NCBI GenBank assembly: GCA_035513655.1
Contig: DATKBV010000479.1
Location: 1,643-65,642, forward strand
DNA from: Pirellulaceae bacterium
GTDB taxonomy: Bacteria; Planctomycetota; Planctomycetia; Pirellulales; Pirellulaceae
Length of the DNA stretch: 64,000 nucleotides
Direction of reading: 5' to 3'
The position numbers and the translations under genes are program-made. Shown one piece after another: positions 54,643 through 63,719 of the stretch (the first letter of the stretch is position 1; the number at the start of each line of letters is the position of its first letter). Below the pieces are notes generated by a model. It saw nothing but the letters and a program-made list of their open reading frames with translations. It was not told where the DNA came from and did not search any database.

Positions 54643-56064
54643 TTACTCTTCAATTCGCAGTCCGGCGGCCTCCGTGATGCGATCGAACGAGGCGCGATTG
54701 GTAGTGTAGCTAATCAACTGCACGACGTCCCGCGGTCCAGCCAACTTGACGGCCTCGTCGACTTCGGCATCCGTCAGCACAATTGGCGTGGCGGCAAGTT
54801 TCCGTGCGATTGTAAAGAGCGCTCGTTCCGTGGGCGTGAATTCGTCCCATGACCCGTCTAGTTGATAGATCTGGTCGTCGGTCCATCCCAACTGTTGCAG
54901 GCGTCGCTTCGCTTCACCCGCGGCGTACCACGCGCGATCTTGCCGCGCGATGATCCAGCTTGCCTGGGCCTTCAGCAACGGCGTGAGATCGCCGCGCTGT
55001 TCGGCCGAGCGAATGCTGCTGATTCGTCCGGGAGCACTAGTCGGGAAAGTGGCCAGCAGCCGGACCCATTGCGGCAGAGTACCGGCGGGAAAGTCTTCCG
55101 GCAGAACTTCCTTGGCTTGGCCTTCGTCGACCAACGGCAAACGTGGCGTCCGCTGGCGGGCGGCGGCCAGCGCCGCTTCGACTTCCTGCCGCGATTCCAA
55201 TGCCGGTCGACGAGATACGGTCATGCGAGTTGGTGCGCCAGTCTTTTCGTCAAGGAGCAACGGCGCGACGATGGTGACGACGCTCTTGTACTGCTGGGCG
55301 GTGGGCGTCAGATACGTTTCTGGAACGCGTAGGCGATCCGCGGTTTCGGCAACTTCCGCTCCGGTCGGCGTGCGTCGTCCAAAGCCGCCTCCATTCGCGG
55401 ACTGGGGAATGCCGGCTCCCTCCTTCCAACGATTGATCGAATTGTTTCCCGCCACGGACAAAATCATTTCGAGAATCTGACGATCCGTGTAATGCTTGCG
55501 CAATTGATCGATATCGGCGTCGTTCACGAGATGCGGCTCATACGTGATCTTGCGAGCGAAGGCAAAAGCTGTTTGCTCCTCGGGTGAGAACACCGACCAA
55601 TCGCAATCCAACGCCGCGATCTGGTCTTCGGTCAAACCCGCGCCTAGCAGCTTGGACTCTTGGTGCCCCAAGCAGTATTGGCAATTGTTGGTCCGCGAAA
55701 CGATCCAAAACAATTCCGTTTTGAAGGCATAGGTCAGCGACATCTCCGGATCGTTCTCGCGGCCGAACCCACCGGAACTGGACCGACCACCGGTTCGCTG
55801 TTCGCCATCGCGGGACGGCATGTAATGGTAACGCAAGCGACTTTCGTAGCTGGACGCGCGCTCACCGAGATTCGCTTTATCTTCCTCGGTCAGTTCGGGC
55901 AGCGGGATACGTGGCTTGCGAGCCTTCATATCCTCGAGGTACTGTTTCATCTCGGGGCGTGTTAGAGGGACTGGACGGGGCGTGGTTTCCGAATCGACGG
56001 CCGTAACGGTTCCGGGCGACGCGGTCACGACACCTAAAAAGAGGGCGGTCAATAAACGCTTCAT
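54643..56064 (-). CDS. secreted protein with two CMD/AhpD-like domains (first with intact CxxC, second degenerate)
   Basis: The signal peptide is MKRLLTALFLGVVTASPG. Domain 1 has SRTNNCQYCLGHQ. Domain 2 has the equivalent region ARQDRAWYAAGEA without cysteines. The product is 473 aa. Confidence 0.75.
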   Translation of the reverse strand: MKRLLTALFLGVVTASPGTVTAVDSETTPRPVPLTRPEMKQYLEDMKARKPRIPLPELTEEDKANLGERASSYESRLRYHYMPSRDGEQRTGGRSSSGGFGRENDPEMSLTYAFKTELFWIVSRTNNCQYCLGHQESKLLGAGLTEDQIAALDCDWSVFSPEEQTAFAFARKITYEPHLVNDADIDQLRKHYTDRQILEMILSVAGNNSINRWKEGAGIPQSANGGGFGRRTPTGAEVAETADRLRVPETYLTPTAQQYKSVVTIVAPLLLDEKTGAPTRMTVSRRPALESRQEVEAALAAARQRTPRLPLVDEGQAKEVLPEDFPAGTLPQWVRLLATFPTSAPGRISSIRSAEQRGDLTPLLKAQASWIIARQDRAWYAAGEAKRRLQQLGWTDDQIYQLDGSWDEFTPTERALFTIARKLAATPIVLTDAEVDEAVKLAGPRDVVQLISYTTNRASFDRITEAAGLRIEE

Positions 56065-56125
56065 GGTATAAATCCTCGTGGTAAAAGAAAATTGTCGATC
56101 AAGGCTTCGATGTTTGCTTGACGAC

Positions 56126-56563
56126 TTACCCTTCCGTTTCTTCTAAAAACACCGTGATCTTTGGACTCGTGCCGACGGTGTATTGCACCTTGTGCTTGGA
56201 GCGCACTCCCGCACCGTCCTCCAACTCCAATACGACGGGGACATGCAAGTTCGACCCATCGCTTGTAGACGGGTCGAGCACTTGATAACTCACCAGCCGC
56301 TGGCCCGCCTTCCATTGGGATTCGACGACGATGATCGATGGAGAACCCTGTTGAAGACTTTCTTGTGTCTGGCCTTGCTTCCAGGCGTCGAGCACGGTGG
56401 ACAGCGAACTTTTAGCAACGTCTTCATTGAGAGCCGGCGCGCCTCCCCTGGAGCCGCAACCCAGGCCGAGGCTTATGATCAGCAGTGCCATCGCCGCGGT
56501 CCCATCCCGCGGCGCGGCGGCGAATGCACGCCGCGCCGCGACTGAACTCGAATCTAAACTCAT
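56126..56563 (-). CDS. small lipoprotein of unknown function downstream of the DUF1559 gene
   Basis: GGAGG lies 8 nt upstream of ATG 56563. The lipobox is LIISLGLG-C. The product has 145 codons. The longer listed ORF start overlaps the upstream gene. Confidence 0.55.
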   Translation of the reverse strand: MSLDSSSVAARRAFAAAPRDGTAAMALLIISLGLGCGSRGGAPALNEDVAKSSLSTVLDAWKQGQTQESLQQGSPSIIVVESQWKAGQRLVSYQVLDPSTSDGSNLHVPVVLELEDGAGVRSKHKVQYTVGTSPKITVFLEETEG

Positions 56564-56588
56564 CGTATGACCTCCAAATGACTTCTGG

Positions 56589-57542
56589 TTAATAATCGCT
56601 GAGCGGTTCACCGCCATCGCGCGAACCCAGCGCTCGCCACGTGGGCACGTTAATCGTTTCCGCGACAAGCCGTACGGATCCATCGCACAAGGCCACGTTG
56701 GCCCCACCGGGGTGGTAACTGCCGGCCGTCGTTGCAATTCGGCCTGGTGGGTACATACAGCTCCGGCCATTCGGCGGCGTCACGTGGTAATAGCGCGTGG
56801 TCGAATGGTAGGAGTACAACCACGGAGCACCCACGTTCGAGTAACCCTGTTTGGTCAGGTCCAGGACGTTCACCGCGCGGCACTGTTCGTAGGCTTCGTC
56901 CGGGGTCGCCGGATAGGTTCCCGGTCGAAACGTGTCGGACTCCGGCGTGCTCATGCCGTTACTGCCGTCACCCTTGATCTTCTCCGAAATGCAAGCTGTG
57001 TTGCTTGTGCCGTCACGAATGTCGGCAAATTTGATCACGCGATCCGGCACAAAAACGCCGTTGCACGGCGGCATGCTGAAGTTGGAGTTAGATGGATTCG
57101 TCGACGGATTGCCGAACAGGATATTGAAACCGCTATTGCCATAGTAGTTATTCCGTGCGCCTAGGGTGGTCGGCAGCCTGTCCGAATCCGAAGGGCAGAG
57201 GAACGCCGGGACCGGAGTGTTCATCACCGGCAGGTTCAGGGCATGGTTGTAACTCACCGAAAAGTCAATTTGGTCATACAACGCGTTCTGCTCGATGTAC
57301 GGCAACATGCGAGCCAAGTACGAGATACTTCCGGATCTCGTGCCATAGGGAAAACACTTGTAGGTGTCGTGGTAATTGTGCAAGCCGAGTGCAATCTGCT
57401 TCATGTTATTGGAGCATTCGGAACGCCGCGCCGCTTCACGGGCGGCTTGGACCGCGGGCAGCAACAGGGCTACCAAGATCCCGATAATTGCGATGACAAC
57501 CAGTAGCTCAACAAGCGTAAAGGCCAACCGAGAACGTTTCAT
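56589..57542 (-). CDS. DUF1559 (H-X9-DG) protein with type IV pilin-like N-terminal methylation/cleavage motif
   Basis: [59 protein letters not shown] matches the family N-terminus. The C-terminus [15 protein letters not shown] is the H-X9-DG signature. Confidence 0.92.
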   Translation of the reverse strand: MKRSRLAFTLVELLVVIAIIGILVALLLPAVQAAREAARRSECSNNMKQIALGLHNYHDTYKCFPYGTRSGSISYLARMLPYIEQNALYDQIDFSVSYNHALNLPVMNTPVPAFLCPSDSDRLPTTLGARNNYYGNSGFNILFGNPSTNPSNSNFSMPPCNGVFVPDRVIKFADIRDGTSNTACISEKIKGDGSNGMSTPESDTFRPGTYPATPDEAYEQCRAVNVLDLTKQGYSNVGAPWLYSYHSTTRYYHVTPPNGRSCMYPPGRIATTAGSYHPGGANVALCDGSVRLVAETINVPTWRALGSRDGGEPLSDY

Positions 57543-57709
57543 GACTAGATTCCTTTTCTGTTTTCAGGAAAAATTACAGAGACAAAAACAAGATTGCGAA
57601 TAGAGACGTCAATCCATGCTGCGTAGTACAGACGCGCAGCTTGAATCAGGCAACGAGTGGTCGTTGCTGAACAAACGAAAGAACAAGACACCGATCTTGC
57701 AACCGGGAA

Positions 57710-59995
57710 TCAGCCCAGGCGCGGCGGATGAAAGATACCGCCTTCGCCGTCGCGTGGTTTGTCCGCGATTGGTGGTGTCATGAAGAATAGAAAGGGGCGA
57801 GCATCTCGAACGTCAGGATGGAATACCAAGCCATGTTCGCGGTCGTGTCGAGACGATACTGGGTCGGCGGGTGGTGCGTGGTGACGAACGGGAGCTTGCG
57901 AACAATTAGGACCGTTACAAGGTCGACGAGATGGCGGCAGTGAACTCTCGCGACGCGTCGACGAGGAGGTCGAATGGTCTCCAAACGACAAGTAGTCACC
58001 GCAGGTTGGATGACTGATCGAAACAAGGAAACTTCCGGCGTCTGGTGCCACACCTGAACCAGCAACTGCTTCCAGTTGGGCTCTGTCTGCTGGATCCACG
58101 TGTGACACGGGAGCGACTGGCTCGTTCGATTGCTCGATTTCGTACGCTTGATCGGCTTGGACATCGTGGACCTCCTGCTGGGAACCGTCGGGCCAACGGA
58201 TGATGACCCGACGAACCCGATCGGATTCTCCCAGACCGATGGTGACGGGCAATTCAACCTGTGAAATGTAGCTGCGCGTGGGCATAACCTGACGACGCAG
58301 CACTCGATCGGCCAATTCAACTTCAATCCAAGCACCGATTGCGTCACGATTGCATTGCGTGCCGATCAATTTGAAACGGAGCCAATGGTGCTGAAGTTCC
58401 TGATCGTTGCGCAGCAGTCGAGGGGCTTGTCCCGACGCGGTGATGATGATGTCCAAGTCGCCGTCACCGTCGATGTCGGCGAAACTCGCTCCCCGGCCGA
58501 TCATCGGTTTCACCAGGTCATCACCGCATTGGTCCACGGTGACTGGCAGAAACTCGGTATCCTGCTCGCGGCCACAGTTCCAGAACAATTGTGGTGGTTG
58601 TGCATAATGTTGGCTCGGTTGCACGCGATTGATGTCTTCCTCCAAATGCCCGTTCGCCGCAAACAAATCCAGACGGCCGTCCAGATCGTAGTCAAAGAAG
58701 TACACACCAAACGTCAATTCCAAACGCGTGTTGGGCCCCAGTCCGGTCGAGATCGCCTCGTCCATGAATTGCATCTGGTCGCCATACGAAACGTAGAGCG
58801 CGGTCATCTCATTGGCGAAATTGCCAATCGTGACGCCGAACGCGTCATTGTTGCGGAACGGGGCCGCGTCGATCCCCATCGCCCCGCGGGCGTTGCCGTT
58901 CATGTCGAACGCCACGCCCGCCAACGTGCCGATCTCGTGGAACTTGCCCTCACCTGCGTTGTGAAACAGAAAGTTTTGCACCGTATCGTTGGCGACAACG
59001 ATGTCGATCCGTCCGTCGCTATCGAAGTCGGCGAACGTCGCTCCCAACGACTTAGCCATCGGCACGCCCGTCGCCGCATTACGCATGTGCAGGCCAGCGG
59101 ATTCGGCAACTTCCGTGAACTTCCCGCCTCCGTCATTGCGGAACAAGTAGGGGAATGCGCCTTCGAAGTTTTGCGGGCGGCCGTAGGCGCGTCCCCCACC
59201 CGTTAATTGAAACCCTTGCGACTCGTCGTATTCGCGTGACCATTTGACATAGTTGCAGACAAACAAATCCAAATCGCCATCGTTGTCGTAATCCAACCAA
59301 CCGCAACTCGTGCTCCAGTCATTGTCCAGACCTCCGACACCTGCGGCCGCGGTGACATCGCGAAACTTCCCTTCCCCTTCGTTGTGAAACAGGCGATTCC
59401 CTCCAACCGCCGACAAATAAACATCGACGCGGCCGTCATTGTCGTAGTCGCCAACGGCGACACCCATGCCATAAAACGCAATGTCCAGACCGGATCCTGG
59501 CGTGGCGTCGGAAAACTTGCCCGTGCCGTCATTGCGATAGAGCGCCATGGTCGGTTGAGGCCCCGCGTCGGCCGCCGGTTCGTCCCACGGCCAACGTTGC
59601 GAGTTAACAAACAACAGGTCCTGGTGGCCATCGCCGTCGAAGTCGAGAAACGCGCAGCCGCCCCCCATCGTTTCGGGCAGCAGCTTCCGCCCACGCGCGC
59701 CATTTTCATGCTTGAATTGGATGCCAGCCGCTTCGGTAACATCGGTAAAGTGAGCCACAGGCGCGGTAACTTTCGGCACGTCGCGCTGCTGCGCTTCGGC
59801 CAGCACTGTCTTTCTCAATTCGGGCGGCGGTTCGGGGCGTGTGATCACATAGAACACTGTGCCAATTACGGACGCAATGGCCGCGAACAGAATCAACGAC
59901 CATCGTAACGCCACGCCAATCACGGCGTCGTCGCGTTCTTCGGTATCGTCATCGACGTCGGGTCGTTGATCCCGCGCGGATCGTTTCTCGCTCAT
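57710..59995 (-). CDS. CRTAC1/ASPIC-UnbV family FG-GAP (VCBS) repeat protein with an extra about 160-aa C-terminal tail carrying the TCGDYL / PCxGPxC / PPR module
   Basis: It has an N-terminal TM anchor. The FG-GAP repeats are FLDFDGDGHQDLLFVN, VGDYDNDGRVDVYL, WLDYDNDGDLDLFVCNY, FADFDSDGRIDIVVAND, FFDYDLDGRLDLFAANG and FADIDGDGDLDIIIT. The UnbV_ASPIC-like part is NRDAIGAWIEV...IIRWPDG. The tail (57710-58006) is homologous to 63098..63526. Confidence 0.88.
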   Translation of the reverse strand: MSEKRSARDQRPDVDDDTEERDDAVIGVALRWSLILFAAIASVIGTVFYVITRPEPPPELRKTVLAEAQQRDVPKVTAPVAHFTDVTEAAGIQFKHENGARGRKLLPETMGGGCAFLDFDGDGHQDLLFVNSQRWPWDEPAADAGPQPTMALYRNDGTGKFSDATPGSGLDIAFYGMGVAVGDYDNDGRVDVYLSAVGGNRLFHNEGEGKFRDVTAAAGVGGLDNDWSTSCGWLDYDNDGDLDLFVCNYVKWSREYDESQGFQLTGGGRAYGRPQNFEGAFPYLFRNDGGGKFTEVAESAGLHMRNAATGVPMAKSLGATFADFDSDGRIDIVVANDTVQNFLFHNAGEGKFHEIGTLAGVAFDMNGNARGAMGIDAAPFRNNDAFGVTIGNFANEMTALYVSYGDQMQFMDEAISTGLGPNTRLELTFGVYFFDYDLDGRLDLFAANGHLEEDINRVQPSQHYAQPPQLFWNCGREQDTEFLPVTVDQCGDDLVKPMIGRGASFADIDGDGDLDIIITASGQAPRLLRNDQELQHHWLRFKLIGTQCNRDAIGAWIEVELADRVLRRQVMPTRSYISQVELPVTIGLGESDRVRRVIIRWPDGSQQEVHDVQADQAYEIEQSNEPVAPVSHVDPADRAQLEAVAGSGVAPDAGSFLVSISHPTCGDYLSFGDHSTSSSTRRESSLPPSRRPCNGPNCSQAPVRHHAPPADPVSSRHDREHGLVFHPDVRDARPFLFFMTPPIADKPRDGEGGIFHPPRLG

Positions 59996-62892
59996 AATCC
60001 ACCTCCCACCGTTTCCGTTTTCGGTTCCTCGGCCGCGGCGGTCGACAATCCCGGTGCATCCGTCCGCTGCAATGGATACTTCACCACCGCCTCGGCGGCG
60101 TGGTTGGCCGCGGGATAGCGCTCTCGGGCCAATCGCACGGCTCGGCCCTGCGCATTGTCATCGGGTTTGTAGCGGCGATGGAGTTCCTCGTGCTTTTTCG
60201 AATTAGCATCGTCACCCAACTCGGCATAGAGCAACTGGAGGTTATGGTGTGCCGTGACATCTTCGGAGTCGATGACGAGTGTCTTTTGAAAACTTGTCAC
60301 CGCCGCTTCCCATTGCCGCCGAGCTTCCTCCGGACGCTCTTGCCGCGCCCGTAGCCGGCCGAGATCGAATTGCGTTTGCCCCAGCAAGTTAATGACTTCG
60401 AAGTCCAAGCTGAAATCGAAGTCGCGCTTCGTCAAGTCGGGCGTGCGGTCTTCTAACACGCTGCGCAGGTTGATGATGGCTTCTTCGAGATGCCCCTGTT
60501 GGCGGTTCACTACGGCACTCAACCACGCCCAGGTCCACCGCGGATAGCCTTCCTCGTCGCTGTATGCGGCGGCGCGTTGCAAGGCCTCGACAGCTTCGTG
60601 CAACCGGCCTTCGGTGTTGTAAACGCGAGCCAGGTTCAGCGGGCCATCCCAGCGATTCAGTTTCTCCACTTCCGTGAACGCTTCGGTGGCCTGCCGCAGT
60701 TCGGCTTTTCCCTTTAACAGCAGACCGATGCCATAGTCGTTCCAGCGCTGCCAGACGGGAATGTCTCGATCGGGATTCGTCACTTCGGCCGCGACGCCAG
60801 CAATCGGAAATGTCACTCGATCAACCGCCAGAGTCGTGATCGGCAAGTCGTTGTGATACGGCTTCCCGGGCTCGTGGCCGCGAATGGTTTGGCCGAGTTT
60901 TTCATTGGCCTGTGCCACAAAATCCATGTACCGCTGATCGAACTTGCGATACTGCAACTTCAGTTCGACCGTGACGGGAGCATTCACATCGGGCGGCAAC
61001 TGCAATTCGTAATGCACCGTCTGTCCCGCGCCGGGCGGAATCTGATGGTTATAGAGTGGCGTAAAGATGTCTTGCGGATTGCGGCGATCGATACGGTTGC
61101 CATCCTTGTCGAGCATGAACACATTGATAAAGTGCGACCAGGGATCGACTTCGTTGTGCTTGGCCGGGTCCACCGCCCCGTTGCGGCCAATCACTCGATT
61201 GCCGGACGTTACGGCGACATCCAGCCAGACTTCGTTGGAATCCACGGTGCCTTGCGTGAACAAGTGCCCTAGCTTCATGGTGCGGACGACTGTCTCTAAC
61301 AGATACTTAGCACCCGGCTGGAGCGTCGGAACTTGAGGCCGCAACGGGGCGATCAGATTTCCGTCGACTTCGCCTCCCTCGCGCACACCAAAGATGTCCA
61401 CGCGCATGGTCCCTTCCAAGAACTTTTGATGGGCGGCAATGATCTCAGGCCGTTCGCGCAGCCAGGCGATACCCGTATTCGCCGATGGGAAAAGGTGGTC
61501 GTGAATGCTCAATTCCTTCGCGCCTCCAAAGTGCTTCGCTCCAAAATCATCGGAAGCCGCCAGCGGCATGTGGCAACCGTTGCAATTGGTCTGCGCCTGG
61601 GGAGGGTAGTAAAAGCTGCGCGCCCCGTGGCCAGAAACGCCGCTCAGCAGATACGGGTTGTAGTGATCCTGGCCACGCAAGAAGTCCTTGTAGTGATTCA
61701 ACGCCAGCGGCAAGTGGACTTTGTGACAGCTCGAACAGAACTCGGCCGTCTTGTGGAATGGTTTAAGGAAAGTCTTCTTGTGAAATTCCGGCTTGGCCTT
61801 CACCAGCTGATTGTTGATCCACTGCAACACCGAGTTGTCGCTAAAGGCAAACGGGTAATGCAACGGTTCTTCGATCGTGTAGTCGGCGTTCCCCACCGTG
61901 CTGTTGACGTGCGTGATGGCGTGGCACACCGTACAAGTGATGCCGGACTGCGACGTGGGATGATTGGTCGTGTCGAACTTGGGATCGTCGAACGCGCCGC
62001 TGAAGAACGGGACGGGATCGTGACAACCGGCGCACCACCGTGAGGCCTGGACATTACCGTCTCGTTTCAACGCCACTTCGCGTGTCTCCATGACGCTGGC
62101 CAGGTACGGCGGGTTGTTGAACGAGCTGAAGCGATGCACGCTGTCGCTCCATCCGGCATGTACGTCGGCATGGCATTTTTGGCAGTACTGGTCATTCATC
62201 ATCGTCTCGGCGGGTATGAATTGTCCCGTAGTCGTCCGCGCCAAGGACGGCTCGAAATACTTCACTCCCGATTCGGGGCCTTGGGCATACCATTGTCGCG
62301 GGTCTTGGGTATGCATCCCGACCATCATGAGCACGATAATGCCAACGAATCCGGCATAGCTGAGCCCGATTCGCCACTTGATTCGGGGACCGCTCAGCCG
62401 ATGAAGCCAGTACAACCAGGCGACGATTAGAGGAACAATCACATGCAGCCAATACACCGTATTCCGAGCCAGCGGCTGTCTCAAATCAAAGCCGGCGATC
62501 CGCATCAGTAGGACGCCGCTGATTAAAACGACGACGCTTGCGCCAAGCAGAACGTAACCGATTCGCACGGCACGGCGATTGCGGCGGTTGCGTGCGGCGA
62601 GCATGTGAGACACACCGAAGACAACGAACGGCACGATGAGAACTAGCCCCAACACCAAGTGTGCCAGGAACATGTACTGATAGAAATAGTTTTGATAAGT
62701 CCGGTTTTGAGCCCACTCGAAAGCGGTGATGCTGGCAAGATAAGCGGAATTTGCGCCCAGCAACGCGACGAGGGCAAAGATGAAGTACAACAGCTTGCGA
62801 AGACGCGGGCTCACGGCCCGCACATATTTCTTCTTCAGCGCACCCTGCACGGAGAGTGGCGCAGGATCGACGGGCGACGGCGATTCTGACAT
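59992..62892 (-). CDS. membrane-anchored pentaheme c-type cytochrome with C-terminal TPR-like region
   Basis: There are four to five N-terminal TM helices and five CxxCH motifs (CQKCH, CAGCH, CTVCH, CSSCH, CNGCH). The C-terminal third is helical-repeat-like (LNLARVYNTEGRLHEAVEALQRAAAY...). Its stop overlaps the CRTAC1 start (ATGA). Confidence 0.85.
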   Translation of the reverse strand: MSESPSPVDPAPLSVQGALKKKYVRAVSPRLRKLLYFIFALVALLGANSAYLASITAFEWAQNRTYQNYFYQYMFLAHLVLGLVLIVPFVVFGVSHMLAARNRRNRRAVRIGYVLLGASVVVLISGVLLMRIAGFDLRQPLARNTVYWLHVIVPLIVAWLYWLHRLSGPRIKWRIGLSYAGFVGIIVLMMVGMHTQDPRQWYAQGPESGVKYFEPSLARTTTGQFIPAETMMNDQYCQKCHADVHAGWSDSVHRFSSFNNPPYLASVMETREVALKRDGNVQASRWCAGCHDPVPFFSGAFDDPKFDTTNHPTSQSGITCTVCHAITHVNSTVGNADYTIEEPLHYPFAFSDNSVLQWINNQLVKAKPEFHKKTFLKPFHKTAEFCSSCHKVHLPLALNHYKDFLRGQDHYNPYLLSGVSGHGARSFYYPPQAQTNCNGCHMPLAASDDFGAKHFGGAKELSIHDHLFPSANTGIAWLRERPEIIAAHQKFLEGTMRVDIFGVREGGEVDGNLIAPLRPQVPTLQPGAKYLLETVVRTMKLGHLFTQGTVDSNEVWLDVAVTSGNRVIGRNGAVDPAKHNEVDPWSHFINVFMLDKDGNRIDRRNPQDIFTPLYNHQIPPGAGQTVHYELQLPPDVNAPVTVELKLQYRKFDQRYMDFVAQANEKLGQTIRGHEPGKPYHNDLPITTLAVDRVTFPIAGVAAEVTNPDRDIPVWQRWNDYGIGLLLKGKAELRQATEAFTEVEKLNRWDGPLNLARVYNTEGRLHEAVEALQRAAAYSDEEGYPRWTWAWLSAVVNRQQGHLEEAIINLRSVLEDRTPDLTKRDFDFSLDFEVINLLGQTQFDLGRLRARQERPEEARRQWEAAVTSFQKTLVIDSEDVTAHHNLQLLYAELGDDANSKKHEELHRRYKPDDNAQGRAVRLARERYPAANHAAEAVVKYPLQRTDAPGLSTAAAEEPKTETVGGGL

Positions 62893-63097
62893 AAAACGTA
62901 CTCCACGGTGAACGGTTGCCTTAGGACTCGCGCACGGACGACGCTTGATCGACGAATCTCAGTGTGCAAGTCCATGAGGCTGGACGCGATTGCGGCAGGT
63001 CATCTGACAGGGCAATCACGATCGAATGTCCGCGCACGTCCTGCGAGTTTAAACGCAAAGTTGGTTCGTGCGCGAAGTGGACGAAAAAGGTCCATGC

Positions 63098-63526
63098 TTA
63101 GGAGCGTGGAGGGCGCTCGACTCGGAATGGAAATCCCGGAGCAACTCGCGCCGGAGTTTCAGCGACGGAAGACCAGAACGGGGATGCGAGGTTGAAACCG
63201 TTCAGTCGTTGAACGTGAGCCCGTTGATCTTGACTTGGGCCGCTCTCAATTGGCAAGGGCGGGCTAGGAATGCCAGGCGATTGACGACACTGCGGGCCGT
63301 CACAGGGCGAGCCGAGCGGTTTCTGCGATGCTTCCGTGGTGTACTCGTCGTTGGACTGACCCATCGTGTGACCGACGCCACCGAAGTCGAGGTAGTCACC
63401 ACAAGTAGCCTGCACGTTTTCCGTCGAGATCGCACCGACAAACAAAGCCGCCACAACGCGCAGGCCCGCGCGCCAAAAGGTGCGTGTGCCAAGAGCGGGC
63501 GTGCTGTGAGAAAACCACATCAACAT
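63098..63526 (-). CDS. small secreted Pro/Ser-rich protein with TCGDYL-x-FG-x-H, PCxGPxCxQxP and C-terminal RPPR motifs (uncharacterised family)
   Basis: From ATG 63526 the sequence is MLMWFSHSTPALGTRTFWRAGLRVVAALFVGAISTENVQA (signal-like), then TCGDYLDFGGVGH...PCDGPQCRQSP...FRVERPPRS. The upstream part of the listed ORF runs through a repeat hairpin. It is homologous to the CRTAC1 tail. Confidence 0.55.
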   Translation of the reverse strand: MLMWFSHSTPALGTRTFWRAGLRVVAALFVGAISTENVQATCGDYLDFGGVGHTMGQSNDEYTTEASQKPLGSPCDGPQCRQSPGIPSPPLPIESGPSQDQRAHVQRLNGFNLASPFWSSVAETPARVAPGFPFRVERPPRS

Positions 63527-63622
63527 ATTGTTGTAAGACGACGATTTGGATACGGGATCTTCGATGAGGACTACGGTCGCAAATATAAATGAGCGATGCG
63601 AATCTGTCAAACTGCGGGTAGT

Positions 63623-63719
63623 GATACCATTTGTAGGTTGGACGCCTCGTCCGACCATGAAACCGTTTGAACACTCGGACGGACGAGGCGTCCATCCTAC
63701 GGAGTCTTCAAACGGTATC
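63623..63719. repeat. long imperfect GC-rich hairpin (REP-like) upstream of the small secreted protein gene
   Basis: gtaggttggacgcctcgtccg ... cggacgaggcgtccatcctac includes a 14-bp perfect core. The outer gatacc/ggtatc also pairs. Confidence 0.7.

Noticed and set aside
54000-54653. Treating 54333..54653 and 54000..54311 as two independent small genes, or as a simple nonsense pseudogene.
   Set aside because: The second ORF would begin at a TTG in the middle of a CMD fold and lack its active-site half. The two ORFs share a frame and the stop is exactly the CxxC cysteine codon position. A pseudogene remains possible if the genome has no Sec machinery.
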